From assembly GCA_964641215.1 (NCBI GenBank), contig CAZXKD010000003.1:1-46591 (forward strand): DNA of 46,591 nucleotides, in the 5' to 3' direction. Shown piece by piece: positions 1 to 9,139 of this stretch. Under the pieces are notes generated by a model, which saw only the letters and a list, made by a program, of their open reading frames with translations, did not search any database and was not told the DNA's origin. This DNA is from an uncultured Gemmatimonadaceae bacterium. Lineage in GTDB: Bacteria; Gemmatimonadota; Gemmatimonadetes; Gemmatimonadales; GWC2-71-9. The first letter of the stretch is position 1, and each line of letters opens with the position of its first letter. A program made the position numbers and the translations under genes.

Positions 1-130
1 CGGTATGGGATCTAGCACCCGCCTGCACCGCGTGAACCTTATCTGTGTTCTTCTTCGAAGCCCGTTGTTGCGACGCTGCCAACCCTTTGCTGGCCGTCTC
101 TTGCGGGCTCGCGCGCGCCCGGAGCTTGCC

Positions 131-2752
131 ATGAGACGCCTCGAACTCGCTCTCGCCGTCACTGCCCTCTTCGCCGTTGGATGTACGAAGGATCAGCCGG
201 TACAGCCGCCCACTAACGCGGGGCCGGCGTTTCTGATTTCGGATGGAACGCACGCCGGCGGGAACGCGAACTTCTTCTTCCTGCCGCCGCTCGTCCCGGA
301 TCCTAGCGGGAGTCTCAACTTCAACGCGGCCACGTTCAATCCCAAGCTCTCGCCTGTCGTCGATGTATGCCGGTTGCAGGACAATCCTCTTTCAGTCCCC
401 AGCACGGACTGCCTCCTTGATGCCCAAGGCAATCCGGTGCTCGTGTTCGGGCCTGCGCCCATGCCTTTGGACGGTCAGCAGTACCACCTCAATTGGGACA
501 CTGGGTCCCCGACGCTGCTGGACCCAAACGGGTTCTATCGCATCAAAGTACGCGGCGCGCGCCAGGGCACCGTGCTTGGCTTCCTCGATCTGGACCCAGT
601 GACCGGAGGCGTGAAGAACCTGAGGAGCGGGGAGGTCGTGCAGTTCCAGGATGGCCGCACACTGCCGATCAAGGTGCGAATCCAGGAGGGGGCGTTTGGG
701 TCGACAAACCCGGATCACGTCGAGCAGACGGTGGGCAATGTTGCGACGATCGTGACGACGAATACCGGGTTCGCGGGCGCGTCATTTCCGGACGGTTGGA
801 TTCCCCAGAACGCAGTGAATGCAGGGATCACCCAGGTCGTCGTCATCGTCGAACGGAAGCCGGTGCACGACGCGACGCCGTCAACCAGCTGCCTGCAGAG
901 CGGCCTCGTCGAGCTCGAGGGCTGCTATCGGTTCCGGACCGACCCCGATCTGCACCAGTTCGGGCCTTTCAGCGTCCATGTGATCGAGGGAGTGTGCTTC
1001 CAGATGCCGATCAACACTCAGGCGCCGTTCCAGTTGTTCCGACGGGCGGAAGATACCGAGGGTAACCCGAAGAGGCAGACCGTCGCGCTGGAGGACGCAT
1101 ACGCACCGTTCCTGCAGTGCGCCACCTTCGCCGTGACCCGGCCGGCGCTGACGCTGCGTGCCCTTAGATCTGGCCACTTCCAACAGTTTGCCAGTGCTGG
1201 TTGGCACGCGATCCTGCGGGGCATCGGGCGCCTCCTCACCCCCGAAGCGCTGCACGCGGTTGACCTCGGGGCCGGTGGTAGTACCGATGGGTTCAGCGTC
1301 TCGGGGTACGCCCGCGGGGCGACCATGACCAAGACGGCGGCCACCGATAATCAGAGTGCCACCGCGGGTATGGCGGTGTTGCGAGCTCCAGAGGTGTGCC
1401 TGACCTTGTTGCATCCGACCCCCGGCGCGCCGCTCGTAGGGGACCCCGTGACGTTCACGGTTAAGGCTGGTGGCGGGACAGTTGACGAAGCGCCCAGCGC
1501 AACGGTGCTCACGGGGACGGACGGGTGTGCGCATGTTCCCTGGGTCTTGGGGTCGACTCCGGGCGCCAATAGCCTGGAGGCAACGGCGCTGGCGTTCGGA
1601 AGCCCACAGCCGTTCACCGCGACGGGAACGGCGCCCCCCGTGGAGATCGCCGCCAACAACTTCGTGATCGACCTGCGCGACGGTATGATCGCGAACGCGT
1701 CGGTCTTTAAGGGGGGTGGGTTCTACAAGGGCACGCAGGTTGTCTTTGCTTCAGGGCTCGTGTACGGCACGAGCGTGAACGACGTCCTCGTGGGCTATAA
1801 CACGAGGAACGGTACCTCCGATTTCGACCTCACCTCGGCGCCGACGCTAGCGGGCACGAATCCGCTACATACTTCGGCCCAGCTCAACCCCCGTGCGCCG
1901 GGCACCGGGATTTCAGGAGTGAGCGTCGCCCAGGAATCCTTCGCGTACAGCAGCGCTCCGGACGCCGATTACGTGCTGCTCAAATACACGTTCACGAACA
2001 CAGGCGGGGCTGCGGTGACGAACGTTTTCGCTGGGTACGTCGCCGACCTGGATCTGCTGTATTCGGGAACACCCGATGATGATCTCGCGTCCTTCGCGGC
2101 GGCCCTCGGGGTGACGGAGGCCACTGAGTCGCACTCGGCGTCGTTCCCGCAGGTCATCGGGATCGTGCCGATCTCGAGCGCGGGCGCGGGGCTCAACTAC
2201 CAGGGCTACGTGAGACCGGACCTGGCGACCGGGACGCAGCCGAGAGATCCGGTGACCTCGGCGGGGTACTTCAACCGGATGAGTCATGGCATCTTGAACC
2301 CCGATCTTCTCGGCCCCAGCGACATCCGCCAGCTGGTCGGCCTGGGGCCCTTCTCCATTCCGGCTGGGGGCTCGCAGGTCGTCTGGTTCGCCCTCGTCGG
2401 CGGCGACAACAGCGCCGCCTTCGCGGCGAATGTCACGGCGGCTCGGACCAAGGTGGCGGCCCTCAGTTCCTCTTTGCCGCGCTTGGCATGTAGCCTCGAG
2501 CCGACCTTGCACTCGATCACGGGCGACGTGTCAACCTCCATCCAGTTCATGAACCAAACGTCGGGGCCTGTGACGGTGTATTGGCTCAACTACCAGGGAG
2601 AGCGAGTGATCTATAACACGCTCCTCGCCGGACAGTCCTACGACCAGCAAACGTTCCTCACTCATCCCTGGGTAGTGACTGATGCGAATGGCGTCTGTCT
2701 GGGAATCTGGTTGCCCTCGGCATCGCCAGGCGTTGCTGTGATCGGGGGGTGA
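131..2752 (+). CDS. large secreted lipoprotein with Ig-like (Big_1-type) region and C-terminal VHL-beta-like domain
   Basis: This lies in the frame of ORF 5..2752. The internal ATG at 131 gives MRRLELALAVTALFAVGC, a signal peptide plus lipobox (AVG|C). The mid-region 'PLVGDPVTFTVKAGGGTV..TDGCAHVPWVLGSTPGANSLEATA' resembles an invasin/Big_1 Ig fold. The last 87 aa resemble the pVHL beta domain (see findings). Confidence 0.75.
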   Translation: MRRLELALAVTALFAVGCTKDQPVQPPTNAGPAFLISDGTHAGGNANFFFLPPLVPDPSGSLNFNAATFNPKLSPVVDVCRLQDNPLSVPSTDCLLDAQGNPVLVFGPAPMPLDGQQYHLNWDTGSPTLLDPNGFYRIKVRGARQGTVLGFLDLDPVTGGVKNLRSGEVVQFQDGRTLPIKVRIQEGAFGSTNPDHVEQTVGNVATIVTTNTGFAGASFPDGWIPQNAVNAGITQVVVIVERKPVHDATPSTSCLQSGLVELEGCYRFRTDPDLHQFGPFSVHVIEGVCFQMPINTQAPFQLFRRAEDTEGNPKRQTVALEDAYAPFLQCATFAVTRPALTLRALRSGHFQQFASAGWHAILRGIGRLLTPEALHAVDLGAGGSTDGFSVSGYARGATMTKTAATDNQSATAGMAVLRAPEVCLTLLHPTPGAPLVGDPVTFTVKAGGGTVDEAPSATVLTGTDGCAHVPWVLGSTPGANSLEATALAFGSPQPFTATGTAPPVEIAANNFVIDLRDGMIANASVFKGGGFYKGTQVVFASGLVYGTSVNDVLVGYNTRNGTSDFDLTSAPTLAGTNPLHTSAQLNPRAPGTGISGVSVAQESFAYSSAPDADYVLLKYTFTNTGGAAVTNVFAGYVADLDLLYSGTPDDDLASFAAALGVTEATESHSASFPQVIGIVPISSAGAGLNYQGYVRPDLATGTQPRDPVTSAGYFNRMSHGILNPDLLGPSDIRQLVGLGPFSIPAGGSQVVWFALVGGDNSAAFAANVTAARTKVAALSSSLPRLACSLEPTLHSITGDVSTSIQFMNQTSGPVTVYWLNYQGERVIYNTLLAGQSYDQQTFLTHPWVVTDANGVCLGIWLPSASPGVAVIGG

Positions 2753-2762
2753 CAAGGGGCTA

Positions 2763-2789
2763 GGGGGCGGCTCCCAGGGAGCCGCCCCT
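2763..2789 (+). terminator. GC-rich hairpin after the lipoprotein gene
   Basis: ggggcggctcc-cag-ggagccgcccc forms an 11-bp perfect stem with a 3-nt loop, 11 nt after the stop. There is no clear T-run (tcgaattta follows). Confidence 0.4.
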
Positions 2790-2829
2790 CGAATTTACGG
2801 GCCCCGCACGGGCGACTAGCTTCCCTCCC

Positions 2830-3672
2830 GTGCGCCCCACCACGCTCGGCATCATTGGCCTCGGCGCCATCGGCGGCTCCCTGGCGCGCCGCGCCAAGGT
2901 CGCCGGCATCGCCACCGTCATCGGCTGGTCGCCCGACGGCCTGGAACGGGTGACCGCCGTACAGCAGGGCGCTCTCGACGACACGCCGCACCACGCCCGC
3001 GACGTCGCCCGGGCCGTTCAGTTGCTGGTGCTCGCCGCCCCTCCCGCCGCCAACCTGGAGCTGCTGCAAACCCTCGCCCCCCACCTCTCGCCCGGAGCCC
3101 TGGTCACGGACGTCGGCTCGGTCAAGCGCGCCATCGTGGCCCGGGCCGAAGCGCTGGGCCTAGAGACGCGCTACGCGGGGAGCCATCCTCTCGCCGGCAC
3201 CCAGCGGCGCGGCTTCGAGGCGTCGCGGGCGGACCTGTTCCGGGGAGCCGTGGTGTACGTGACGCCCACCGCCGGCGGCCACGGCGCGGCCCGGGAAGTG
3301 GCGCACTTCTGGGACACGGTGTGCGAAGCGCACCCCGTCGTGCTCGACGCGGCCCGCCACGATGCCCAGGTGGCGATCACCAGCCACCTCCCCCAGATCG
3401 TCGCGTCGCTGCTCGGCATTTTCCTGGCACGCCACCTGCCGGCCGGGGCCACGCTGGGTCCCGGCGCGCGGGACACGACGCGCATCGCGGCGAGCGATCC
3501 CGGTCTGTGGACCGAAATCCTGCTCATGAACCGGGACGAGCTGCTCCCCGCGCTGCGATCCCTCGAAGAGCCGCTGGGAGAGATCGAGCGCGCTCTCGAG
3601 GCCGGCGATGCCGGCGCGCTGCGCGGATGGCTCACCCGCGCCGCCCTGTGGCGGCAGAGGATCGACGGGTGA
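2830..3672 (+). CDS. tyrA: prephenate dehydrogenase
   Basis: GTG start. It has the N-terminal Rossmann motif IIGLGAIGGSLA, the GSHPLAG motif and the 'TSHLPQ' helix typical of prephenate/arogenate dehydrogenases. It is coupled to aroA. Confidence 0.85.
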   Translation: MRPTTLGIIGLGAIGGSLARRAKVAGIATVIGWSPDGLERVTAVQQGALDDTPHHARDVARAVQLLVLAAPPAANLELLQTLAPHLSPGALVTDVGSVKRAIVARAEALGLETRYAGSHPLAGTQRRGFEASRADLFRGAVVYVTPTAGGHGAAREVAHFWDTVCEAHPVVLDAARHDAQVAITSHLPQIVASLLGIFLARHLPAGATLGPGARDTTRIAASDPGLWTEILLMNRDELLPALRSLEEPLGEIERALEAGDAGALRGWLTRAALWRQRIDG

Positions 3673-4958
3673 AGGTCGCAGGCACCGTGCGCGTGCCGGG
3701 AGACAAGAGCATCTCCCACCGCGCCCTGATGCTGGCCGCGCTAGCCCGGCCCAGCGGCACGAGCGAGCTCACCGGCCTGCTCACAGGGGAGGACGTGAAG
3801 AGCACGGCGGGTGTGTTGCGACAGCTCGGCGCCGACATTTCGTCCATTCGGGAAGGCGGGAAGGTTGCGGTTCACGCATCCCGCATCACGCATCCCGCAT
3901 CCACGTTGTACTGTGGCAACTCCGGCACCACGGCCCGCCTCACCCTCGGGCTACTCGCTGGACACGCGTTCCGGGCGCGGCTCACCGGCGACGCTTCGCT
4001 GCGCAGGCGGCCGATGCGACGGGTGACCGAGCCGCTGCGGGCGATGGGTGCCCTTATAGAGGAAGAGCGCGGCGACGGCCTCCCCCTCACCATTCAGGGG
4101 GGGCGACTCCGGCCGCTCTCCTACACGACGCCGGTGGCGAGCGCGCAGCTCAAGAGCGCGCTCCTGCTGGCGGCGCTGACGGGGCGCGTGCCGGTGACGA
4201 TCCGCGAGCCGTATCGCTCGCGCGATCACACGGAGCGGCTATTCGTGCATCTGGGGCTCGACCTGCATCTCCACGACGGAGCCGTCAGCTATCAGCCGTC
4301 GGCCGTCAGAGTCCCGGCGTTTCGGCTCACCGTGCCCGGGGACGCCTCCAGCGCCGCCTTTCTCGTCGCGGCAGCCGTGCTGGCGGAAGCCGGCGAGTTG
4401 CTGATCGAGAACGTCGGCGTGAATCCGACGCGCACGGGGTTCCTCGTCGTCCTGGAGCGGATGGGCGCCCACGTGGAGCGGGTGAACCTCGGCGAGGAGG
4501 GCGGCGAGCCGGTGGCCGACTTGCTGGTGCGACCGGCCGCGCTGCACGCGACGAGCGTGGCGGAGGCGGAAGTGCCGACCCTCGTGGACGAGATCCCGGT
4601 ACTCGCCGTGCTGGCGAGCCGAGTCGAGGGAGGGGGGGAAACGGTATTTCGGGAGGTCGGGGAGCTGCGCGTGAAGGAGAGCAACCGGCTGGAGCTGCTG
4701 GCCGCGAATCTGCGTGCCGTCGGCGTGGCGGCGGACGCCCGCGGCAATGACCTGCATGTCCGAGGCACCGAGCGCCCGCCCCGAGGCCGCGTCGACACGG
4801 CGCGGGATCATCGGCTCGCGATGGCGTTCGCGGTGCTCGGCACCCTCCCGGGCGCGGACGTGCGGCTCTCCGAGCGGCGCTCGGTGGCGATCAGCTACCC
4901 CGGGTTCTTCACGGACCTGAACAGGATCACGCCGCGTGCTACGCGTCATCGCGATTGA
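3669..4958 (+). CDS. aroA: 3-phosphoshikimate 1-carboxyvinyltransferase (EPSP synthase)
   Basis: GTG at 3669 overlaps the tyrA stop (GTGA). Motifs seen are VRVPGDKSISHRALMLAAL, GNSGTTARL, LRVKESNRL and DHRLAMAFAV. The upstream part of track ORF 3321.. is out-of-frame overlap with tyrA. Confidence 0.9.
   Translation: MKVAGTVRVPGDKSISHRALMLAALARPSGTSELTGLLTGEDVKSTAGVLRQLGADISSIREGGKVAVHASRITHPASTLYCGNSGTTARLTLGLLAGHAFRARLTGDASLRRRPMRRVTEPLRAMGALIEEERGDGLPLTIQGGRLRPLSYTTPVASAQLKSALLLAALTGRVPVTIREPYRSRDHTERLFVHLGLDLHLHDGAVSYQPSAVRVPAFRLTVPGDASSAAFLVAAAVLAEAGELLIENVGVNPTRTGFLVVLERMGAHVERVNLGEEGGEPVADLLVRPAALHATSVAEAEVPTLVDEIPVLAVLASRVEGGGETVFREVGELRVKESNRLELLAANLRAVGVAADARGNDLHVRGTERPPRGRVDTARDHRLAMAFAVLGTLPGADVRLSERRSVAISYPGFFTDLNRITPRATRHRD
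3873..3900 (+). repeat. heptamer tandem array (CMCGCAT)x4 inside aroA
   Basis: The array reads cacgcat cccgcat cacgcat cccgcat (also 2 x 14 nt). It is preceded by gggaaggc gggaaggt (2 x 8 nt, 3851..3866). It encodes the variable loop VHASRITHPAS just before GNSGTT. Confidence 0.85.
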
Positions 4959-5640
4959 CGGACCGGCGGCCTCCGGCAAGTCGACGACCGCGGCGGCGGT
5001 GGCCGGGGCGCTGGAGTGGGCGCATCTCGATTCCGGAGCGCTGTATCGCGCCTTGACGCTGGCCACGCTCGACACCATCGGGGAAACGGGAAAGGGGAAA
5101 GGGGAAACGTGGAGCGCCCAGCGGATTGTCGATCTGGGGAACACTCTGCCCGTACAATTGGCATTGATCGGGGGAGCATTCCGGCCGGTCGTGGCAGGGG
5201 TGGACGTCGAGGAGGCGATTCGCTCGGAGCGGGTCACCCGGCATGTGTCGGCGGTGGCGGCGCTCCCCGAAGTCCGGGCCTGGGTCAACGCGCAACAGCG
5301 CCGCGCGGTCGAAGCGCATCCGGCCGGCGTCGTCGTGGACGGGCGCGACATCGGCACGGTGGTCTTTCCTGAGGCGCCGCTCAAGGTCTTCCTGACCGCT
5401 CACCCGGAGGAGCGAGCCCGACGCCGCATCACTCAGCGAGGGGGGGGAAAGGCCCCCGACGACGCCACGCTGCGGCGCGAGAGCGAGGCGCTTGCCGCTC
5501 GAGATGCGGCCGACGCGAGCCGCCCGGTGGCGCCGCTGCGACCGGCGGCCGACGCGGTTCAGCTCGACACGACGCGCCTGTCGTTCGAGGCCCAGGTCGC
5601 GCGGATCGTGGCGCTGGCGCGGGAACGGTTCCCTGGCTAG
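4936..5640 (+). CDS. cmk: cytidylate kinase
   Basis: GTG start overlapping the aroA 3' end by 23 nt. P-loop IAIDGPAASGKST is present, together with LDSGALYR and DGRDIGTVVFPEAPLKVFLTA. Confidence 0.9.
   Translation: MLRVIAIDGPAASGKSTTAAAVAGALEWAHLDSGALYRALTLATLDTIGETGKGKGETWSAQRIVDLGNTLPVQLALIGGAFRPVVAGVDVEEAIRSERVTRHVSAVAALPEVRAWVNAQQRRAVEAHPAGVVVDGRDIGTVVFPEAPLKVFLTAHPEERARRRITQRGGGKAPDDATLRRESEALAARDAADASRPVAPLRPAADAVQLDTTRLSFEAQVARIVALARERFPG
5081..5112 (+). repeat. GGGAAAS heptamer x4 + GTGG element inside cmk
   Basis: The element reads gggaaac gggaaag gggaaag gggaaac gtgg. It is 28/32 identical to 21551..21582 and read in the same codon phase (GETGKGKGETW). Confidence 0.9.
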
Positions 5641-5721
5641 CTTCCCCCGTCCCTTAGCCACCTCCGGGCGCGTGCCCGGGGTTCGCTCGTGTCCAAACTC
5701 GCAACCGAACCGGTGTAGCGA

Positions 5722-7434
5722 ATGCTGGTAGAAGCGCAGGACCTCGAGGATTCCGCGCCCGAGCGCCCTCCCAAGAAGACCACCCACTCGCAGCTGCGCA
5801 GGATGTCCGGTGTCGACGAGGAGTACTCCCCGGACGAAATCGCGAAGATGACGGAGCTGTACGAGGGGACCCTCTCGAACATCGAGGAAGGCGAGATCGT
5901 CAAGTCCAAAGTGCTGCGCGTGACCGATACCGCCGTCATTCTCGACGTCGGCTTCAAGTCCGAAGGCGCGGTGCCGATCGACGAGTTCAAGGATCCCAAG
6001 AGCCTCAAGGAAGGAGACGAGGTCGAGGTCTACCTCGAGCACCTCGAGGACCAGGAAGGCGCGGTGGTCCTCTCGAAGAAGAAGGCCGACTTCATGCGGG
6101 TGTGGGAGCGGATCCGCGAGGCCTACGAGAAGGATGAGCCGGTCTCGGGCACGCTGGTGAAGAAGATCAAGGGTGGCGTGGTGGTGGACCTGATGGGCGT
6201 GGACGCCTTCCTGCCTGGCAGCCAGATCGCGCTGCGGCGCGTGCCGAACATCGACGAGCTGCTGGGGCAATCCTTCGAGTTCAAGATCATCAAGCTCAAC
6301 AAGCGGCGTCGCAATATCGTCGTGTCGCGCCGCGTGCTGCTCGAGGCCGAGCGCAAGACCAAACGCGACGTGCTGATGAAGGAGCTCTCCGTCGGCCAGG
6401 TCCGGAAGGGCACGGTCAAGAACATCACCGACTTCGGCGCGTTCATCGACCTGGGCGGCGTGGACGGCCTGCTGCACATCACCGACATGAGCTACGGTCG
6501 CGTCTCGCACCCCTCCGAGATGGTGCACATCGGCCAGGAGCTCGAGGTGAAGGTGCTCGACATCGATTGGGAGCGCGAGCGCATCAGCTTGGGCCTGAAG
6601 CAGCTGCTGGCCTACCCGTGGCAGAACGTCGCCGCCAAGTACCCGGTCGGCACGCGCGTACAGGGCAAGGTCGTCTCGATCACCAACTACGGCGCGTTCG
6701 TCGAGCTGGAGCCGGGCATCGAGGGCCTCGTGCATATCTCCGAGATGAGCTGGACCCGCAACGTCCGGCACCCCTCGAAGATTGTCTCCATCGGCGAGAC
6801 CATCGAAGCGGTCGTGCTCAAGGTGGACGAGACGGAGGAGAAGGTCTCCCTCGGCATGAAGCAGACCGAAGAAGATCCGTGGATGGCCCTGCCGCAGAAA
6901 TACCCGGTCGGCACCCGTATCACGGGCAAGGTCCGCAACCTCACTTCGTTCGGCGCGTTCGTGGAGATCGAGCCGGGCATCGACGGCCTGATCCACATCT
7001 CCGACATGTCCTGGACGAAACGGGTCCAGCATCCCTCGGAGGTCGTGAAGAAAGGTGACGAAGTCGAAGTGCTGATCCTCAACGTGGACGCAGAGAACAA
7101 GCGGATCTCCCTGGGCCTGAAGCAGGCGCAGGAGGATCCATGGCTGCGCATCGGCGAGACCTATCCGGTCGGCACGGAGCTGCGGGGCCGCGTGCTGCGC
7201 CTGATGGACAAGGGCGTGGTGGTCGACCTCGGCCACGATATCGAGGGCTTCGTACCGATGTCGCAGCTGGGCATCCCCGACATCCAGAACCCCGCCGACG
7301 CGGTGAAGGAAGGGCAGGCGGTGGAGCTGAAAGTGCTGGAAGTGGACCCCATTCACCATCGGATCGTGCTGGCGGCCACCGGATTCCCCAAGGACGAAGG
7401 CGGGGAGACGGCGAGCGTGCAGACAGACGCCTAG
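5722..7434 (+). CDS. rpsA: 30S ribosomal protein S1
   Basis: It contains six S1 (OB) repeats with recurring 'G.V..I..FGAFV.L..G..GL.HIS' motifs. Relative to E. coli S1 there is a ~40 aa N-terminal extension. An alternative ATG at 5803 (MSGVDEEY) is possible. Confidence 0.92.
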   Translation: MLVEAQDLEDSAPERPPKKTTHSQLRRMSGVDEEYSPDEIAKMTELYEGTLSNIEEGEIVKSKVLRVTDTAVILDVGFKSEGAVPIDEFKDPKSLKEGDEVEVYLEHLEDQEGAVVLSKKKADFMRVWERIREAYEKDEPVSGTLVKKIKGGVVVDLMGVDAFLPGSQIALRRVPNIDELLGQSFEFKIIKLNKRRRNIVVSRRVLLEAERKTKRDVLMKELSVGQVRKGTVKNITDFGAFIDLGGVDGLLHITDMSYGRVSHPSEMVHIGQELEVKVLDIDWERERISLGLKQLLAYPWQNVAAKYPVGTRVQGKVVSITNYGAFVELEPGIEGLVHISEMSWTRNVRHPSKIVSIGETIEAVVLKVDETEEKVSLGMKQTEEDPWMALPQKYPVGTRITGKVRNLTSFGAFVEIEPGIDGLIHISDMSWTKRVQHPSEVVKKGDEVEVLILNVDAENKRISLGLKQAQEDPWLRIGETYPVGTELRGRVLRLMDKGVVVDLGHDIEGFVPMSQLGIPDIQNPADAVKEGQAVELKVLEVDPIHHRIVLAATGFPKDEGGETASVQTDA

Positions 7435-7448
7435 ACGTCTAGACGCCC
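7425..7448 (+). repeat. octamer tandem repeat (AGACGYCY)x3 spanning the rpsA stop
   Basis: The repeat reads agacgcct agacgtct agacgccc. It contains the 12-bp palindrome ctagacgtctag (7431..7442). Confidence 0.8.
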
Positions 7449-7465
7449 AGCGGGATGCAGGAACG

Positions 7466-7500
7466 AGGGGTCAGGAGAAGCCTTCCTGACCCCTTCTTAC
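7466..7500 (+). terminator. rpsA terminator hairpin
   Basis: Stem aggggtcagga (7466-7476) pairs with tcctgacccct (7484-7494), giving 11 bp and a 7-nt loop. It is followed by tcttac. Confidence 0.55.
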
Positions 7501-7575
7501 TGCGTACCGCCAGCGGTCTAAACGTCTAGCCGTCTGCCTATCCGTCTGGCCGCCTGGCCGTCTATCTTTTCGGCC

Positions 7576-9099
7576 ATGGGCATGCGAGAAAAGCTCGAGC
7601 AGCTCCAGCGGCAGCGTGCCGCGTCGGAGCAGGGCGGTGGCCCCGACCGCGTCGCCACGCAGCACCAGAAGGGCAAGATGACGGCCCGCGAGCGGCTCGA
7701 CGTGCTGCTCGATCCGGGCTCGTTCGTGGAGCTGGACAGATTCGTCACCCACCGCGCGACCGATTTCGGGCTCGCCGAGGAGAAGTATCTGGGCGACGGC
7801 GTGGTCACGGGCTGGGGCCGGATCGACGGGCGGCTCGTCTACGTGTTCTCACAGGATTTCACCGTGTTCGGCGGCTCCCTGTCGGAAACCCACGCCGAGA
7901 AGATCTGCAAGGTGATGGATCTCGCGGTACGCAACGGCGCGCCGATCATCGGCCTCAACGATTCAGGCGGGGCGCGCATTCAGGAAGGCGTCGCCTCGCT
8001 GGGCGGGTACGCCGACATCTTCCTGCGCAACACTCTCGCCTCCGGGGTCGTCCCCCAGATCAGCGCGATCCTCGGCCCCTGCGCCGGTGGCGCGGTCTAC
8101 AGTCCGGCCATCACCGACTTCGTGTTCATGGTGCGAGGCCTGTCCTACATGTTCGTCACCGGCCCCAACGTCGTGAGGACGGTGACCCACGAGGAGGTTG
8201 ATTTCGAGCGCCTGGGCGGGGCCGACGTGCACGGCGCCACCTCGGGCGTGGCGCACTTCGTTCATGACTCGGAGCTCGAATGCCTGGCCGCGGTCCGCCG
8301 GCTGTTGGGCTTCCTGCCCGGGAACAACGTGGATCCGCCGCCGCGGATGCCGTGCACCGACCCGGCCGACCGCCGCGATGAGGCGTTGCTCGACATCGTT
8401 CCCGATAGCCCCAACAAGCCCTACGACATGCACGACGTGATCCGCCACGTCGTGGACCAGGGCGAGTTTTTCGACGTACAGCCGGACTACGCCGGGAACT
8501 TGCTGGTGGGTTTCGCGCGTCTGGATGGCCGGCCGATCGGCGTCGTCGCCAATCAACCGGCGCTGCTCGCGGGGGTGCTGGACATCGCCGCCTCCCTCAA
8601 GGGAGCTCGCTTCATCCGCTTCTGCGACGCCTTCCACATCCCGATCGTGACGTTCGAGGACGTTCCCGGGTTCTTGCCGGGCGTGGCGCAGGAGCATGGG
8701 GGTATCATCAAGCACGGCGCCAAGCTCCTGTACGCGTACTGCGAGGCCACCGTCCCCAAGCTCACGGTGATCACCCGCAAGGCCTACGGCGGCGCCTACG
8801 ACGTGATGAACTCCAAGCATATCCGCGGGGACTACAACGTCGCCTGGCCCACCGCCGAGATCGCCGTCATGGGCCCCAAGGGGGCGGTCGAGATTCTCTA
8901 CAAAGATGAGGCGACGGAAGCGCGCGAGGCGGAGTACCGGGAGAAATTCGCCCATCCCTACGCGGCGGCCGCGCGTGGTTTCCTCGACGACATCATCGAT
9001 CCCCGCGACACGCGCCCCCGCCTGATCGACGCGCTGCGGACGCTGGAGACCAAGCGCGACCGGACTCCCGCTCGCAAGCATGGCAACATTCCTCTGTAG
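7576..9099 (+). CDS. pccB: acyl-CoA (propionyl/methylmalonyl-CoA) carboxyltransferase subunit
   Basis: Matching segments are [69 protein letters not shown] and [10 protein letters not shown]. These are typical of PccB / the 12S transcarboxylase. Confidence 0.9.
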   Translation: MGMREKLEQLQRQRAASEQGGGPDRVATQHQKGKMTARERLDVLLDPGSFVELDRFVTHRATDFGLAEEKYLGDGVVTGWGRIDGRLVYVFSQDFTVFGGSLSETHAEKICKVMDLAVRNGAPIIGLNDSGGARIQEGVASLGGYADIFLRNTLASGVVPQISAILGPCAGGAVYSPAITDFVFMVRGLSYMFVTGPNVVRTVTHEEVDFERLGGADVHGATSGVAHFVHDSELECLAAVRRLLGFLPGNNVDPPPRMPCTDPADRRDEALLDIVPDSPNKPYDMHDVIRHVVDQGEFFDVQPDYAGNLLVGFARLDGRPIGVVANQPALLAGVLDIAASLKGARFIRFCDAFHIPIVTFEDVPGFLPGVAQEHGGIIKHGAKLLYAYCEATVPKLTVITRKAYGGAYDVMNSKHIRGDYNVAWPTAEIAVMGPKGAVEILYKDEATEAREAEYREKFAHPYAAAARGFLDDIIDPRDTRPRLIDALRTLETKRDRTPARKHGNIPL

Positions 9100-9139
9100 C
9101 GTCGTCGCGTTCGCGACGCTGCTCCAGGGAGGAGGGGGC

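Noticed and set aside
3321-3668. N-terminal extensions of track ORFs. These include aroA from 3321, dxr from 17926, rseP from 19404, ald from 25781, rpsI from 13623, mreD from 34480, mrdA from 35052, rodA from 36955, lysA from 43183, accC from 9960 and BCCP from 12711.
   Set aside because: The extensions overlap the preceding conserved gene in another frame and translate to Arg/Pro/Gly-rich nonsense. Conserved N-termini begin at internal ATG/GTG codons that form 1-4 nt overlaps with the upstream stop.
5080-5090. GGGAAAC resembles the viral -1 frameshift slippery heptamer G GGA AAC.
   Set aside because: In cmk and in ORF21457 the zero frame reads .GG GAA ACG, which is not the X XXY YYZ phasing required. 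No plausible -1 frame product or downstream stimulatory structure was seen.
4939-7359. Very long antisense ORFs in the track. Examples are 806 aa at 4939-7359(-), 764 aa at 34995-37289(-), 587 aa at 44493-46256(-), 586 aa at 26219-27979(-), 551 aa at 7963-9618(-), 539 aa at 14340-15959(-), 538 aa at 19854-21470(-) and 528 aa at 9984-11570(-).
   Set aside because: Each lies exactly opposite a strongly recognisable conserved gene (rpsA, mrdA, guaA, ald, pccB, rpsB/tsf, rseP, accC). Their translations are R/G/A/H/D/P-rich with no motifs. Stop-poor antisense frames are expected in high-GC DNA.
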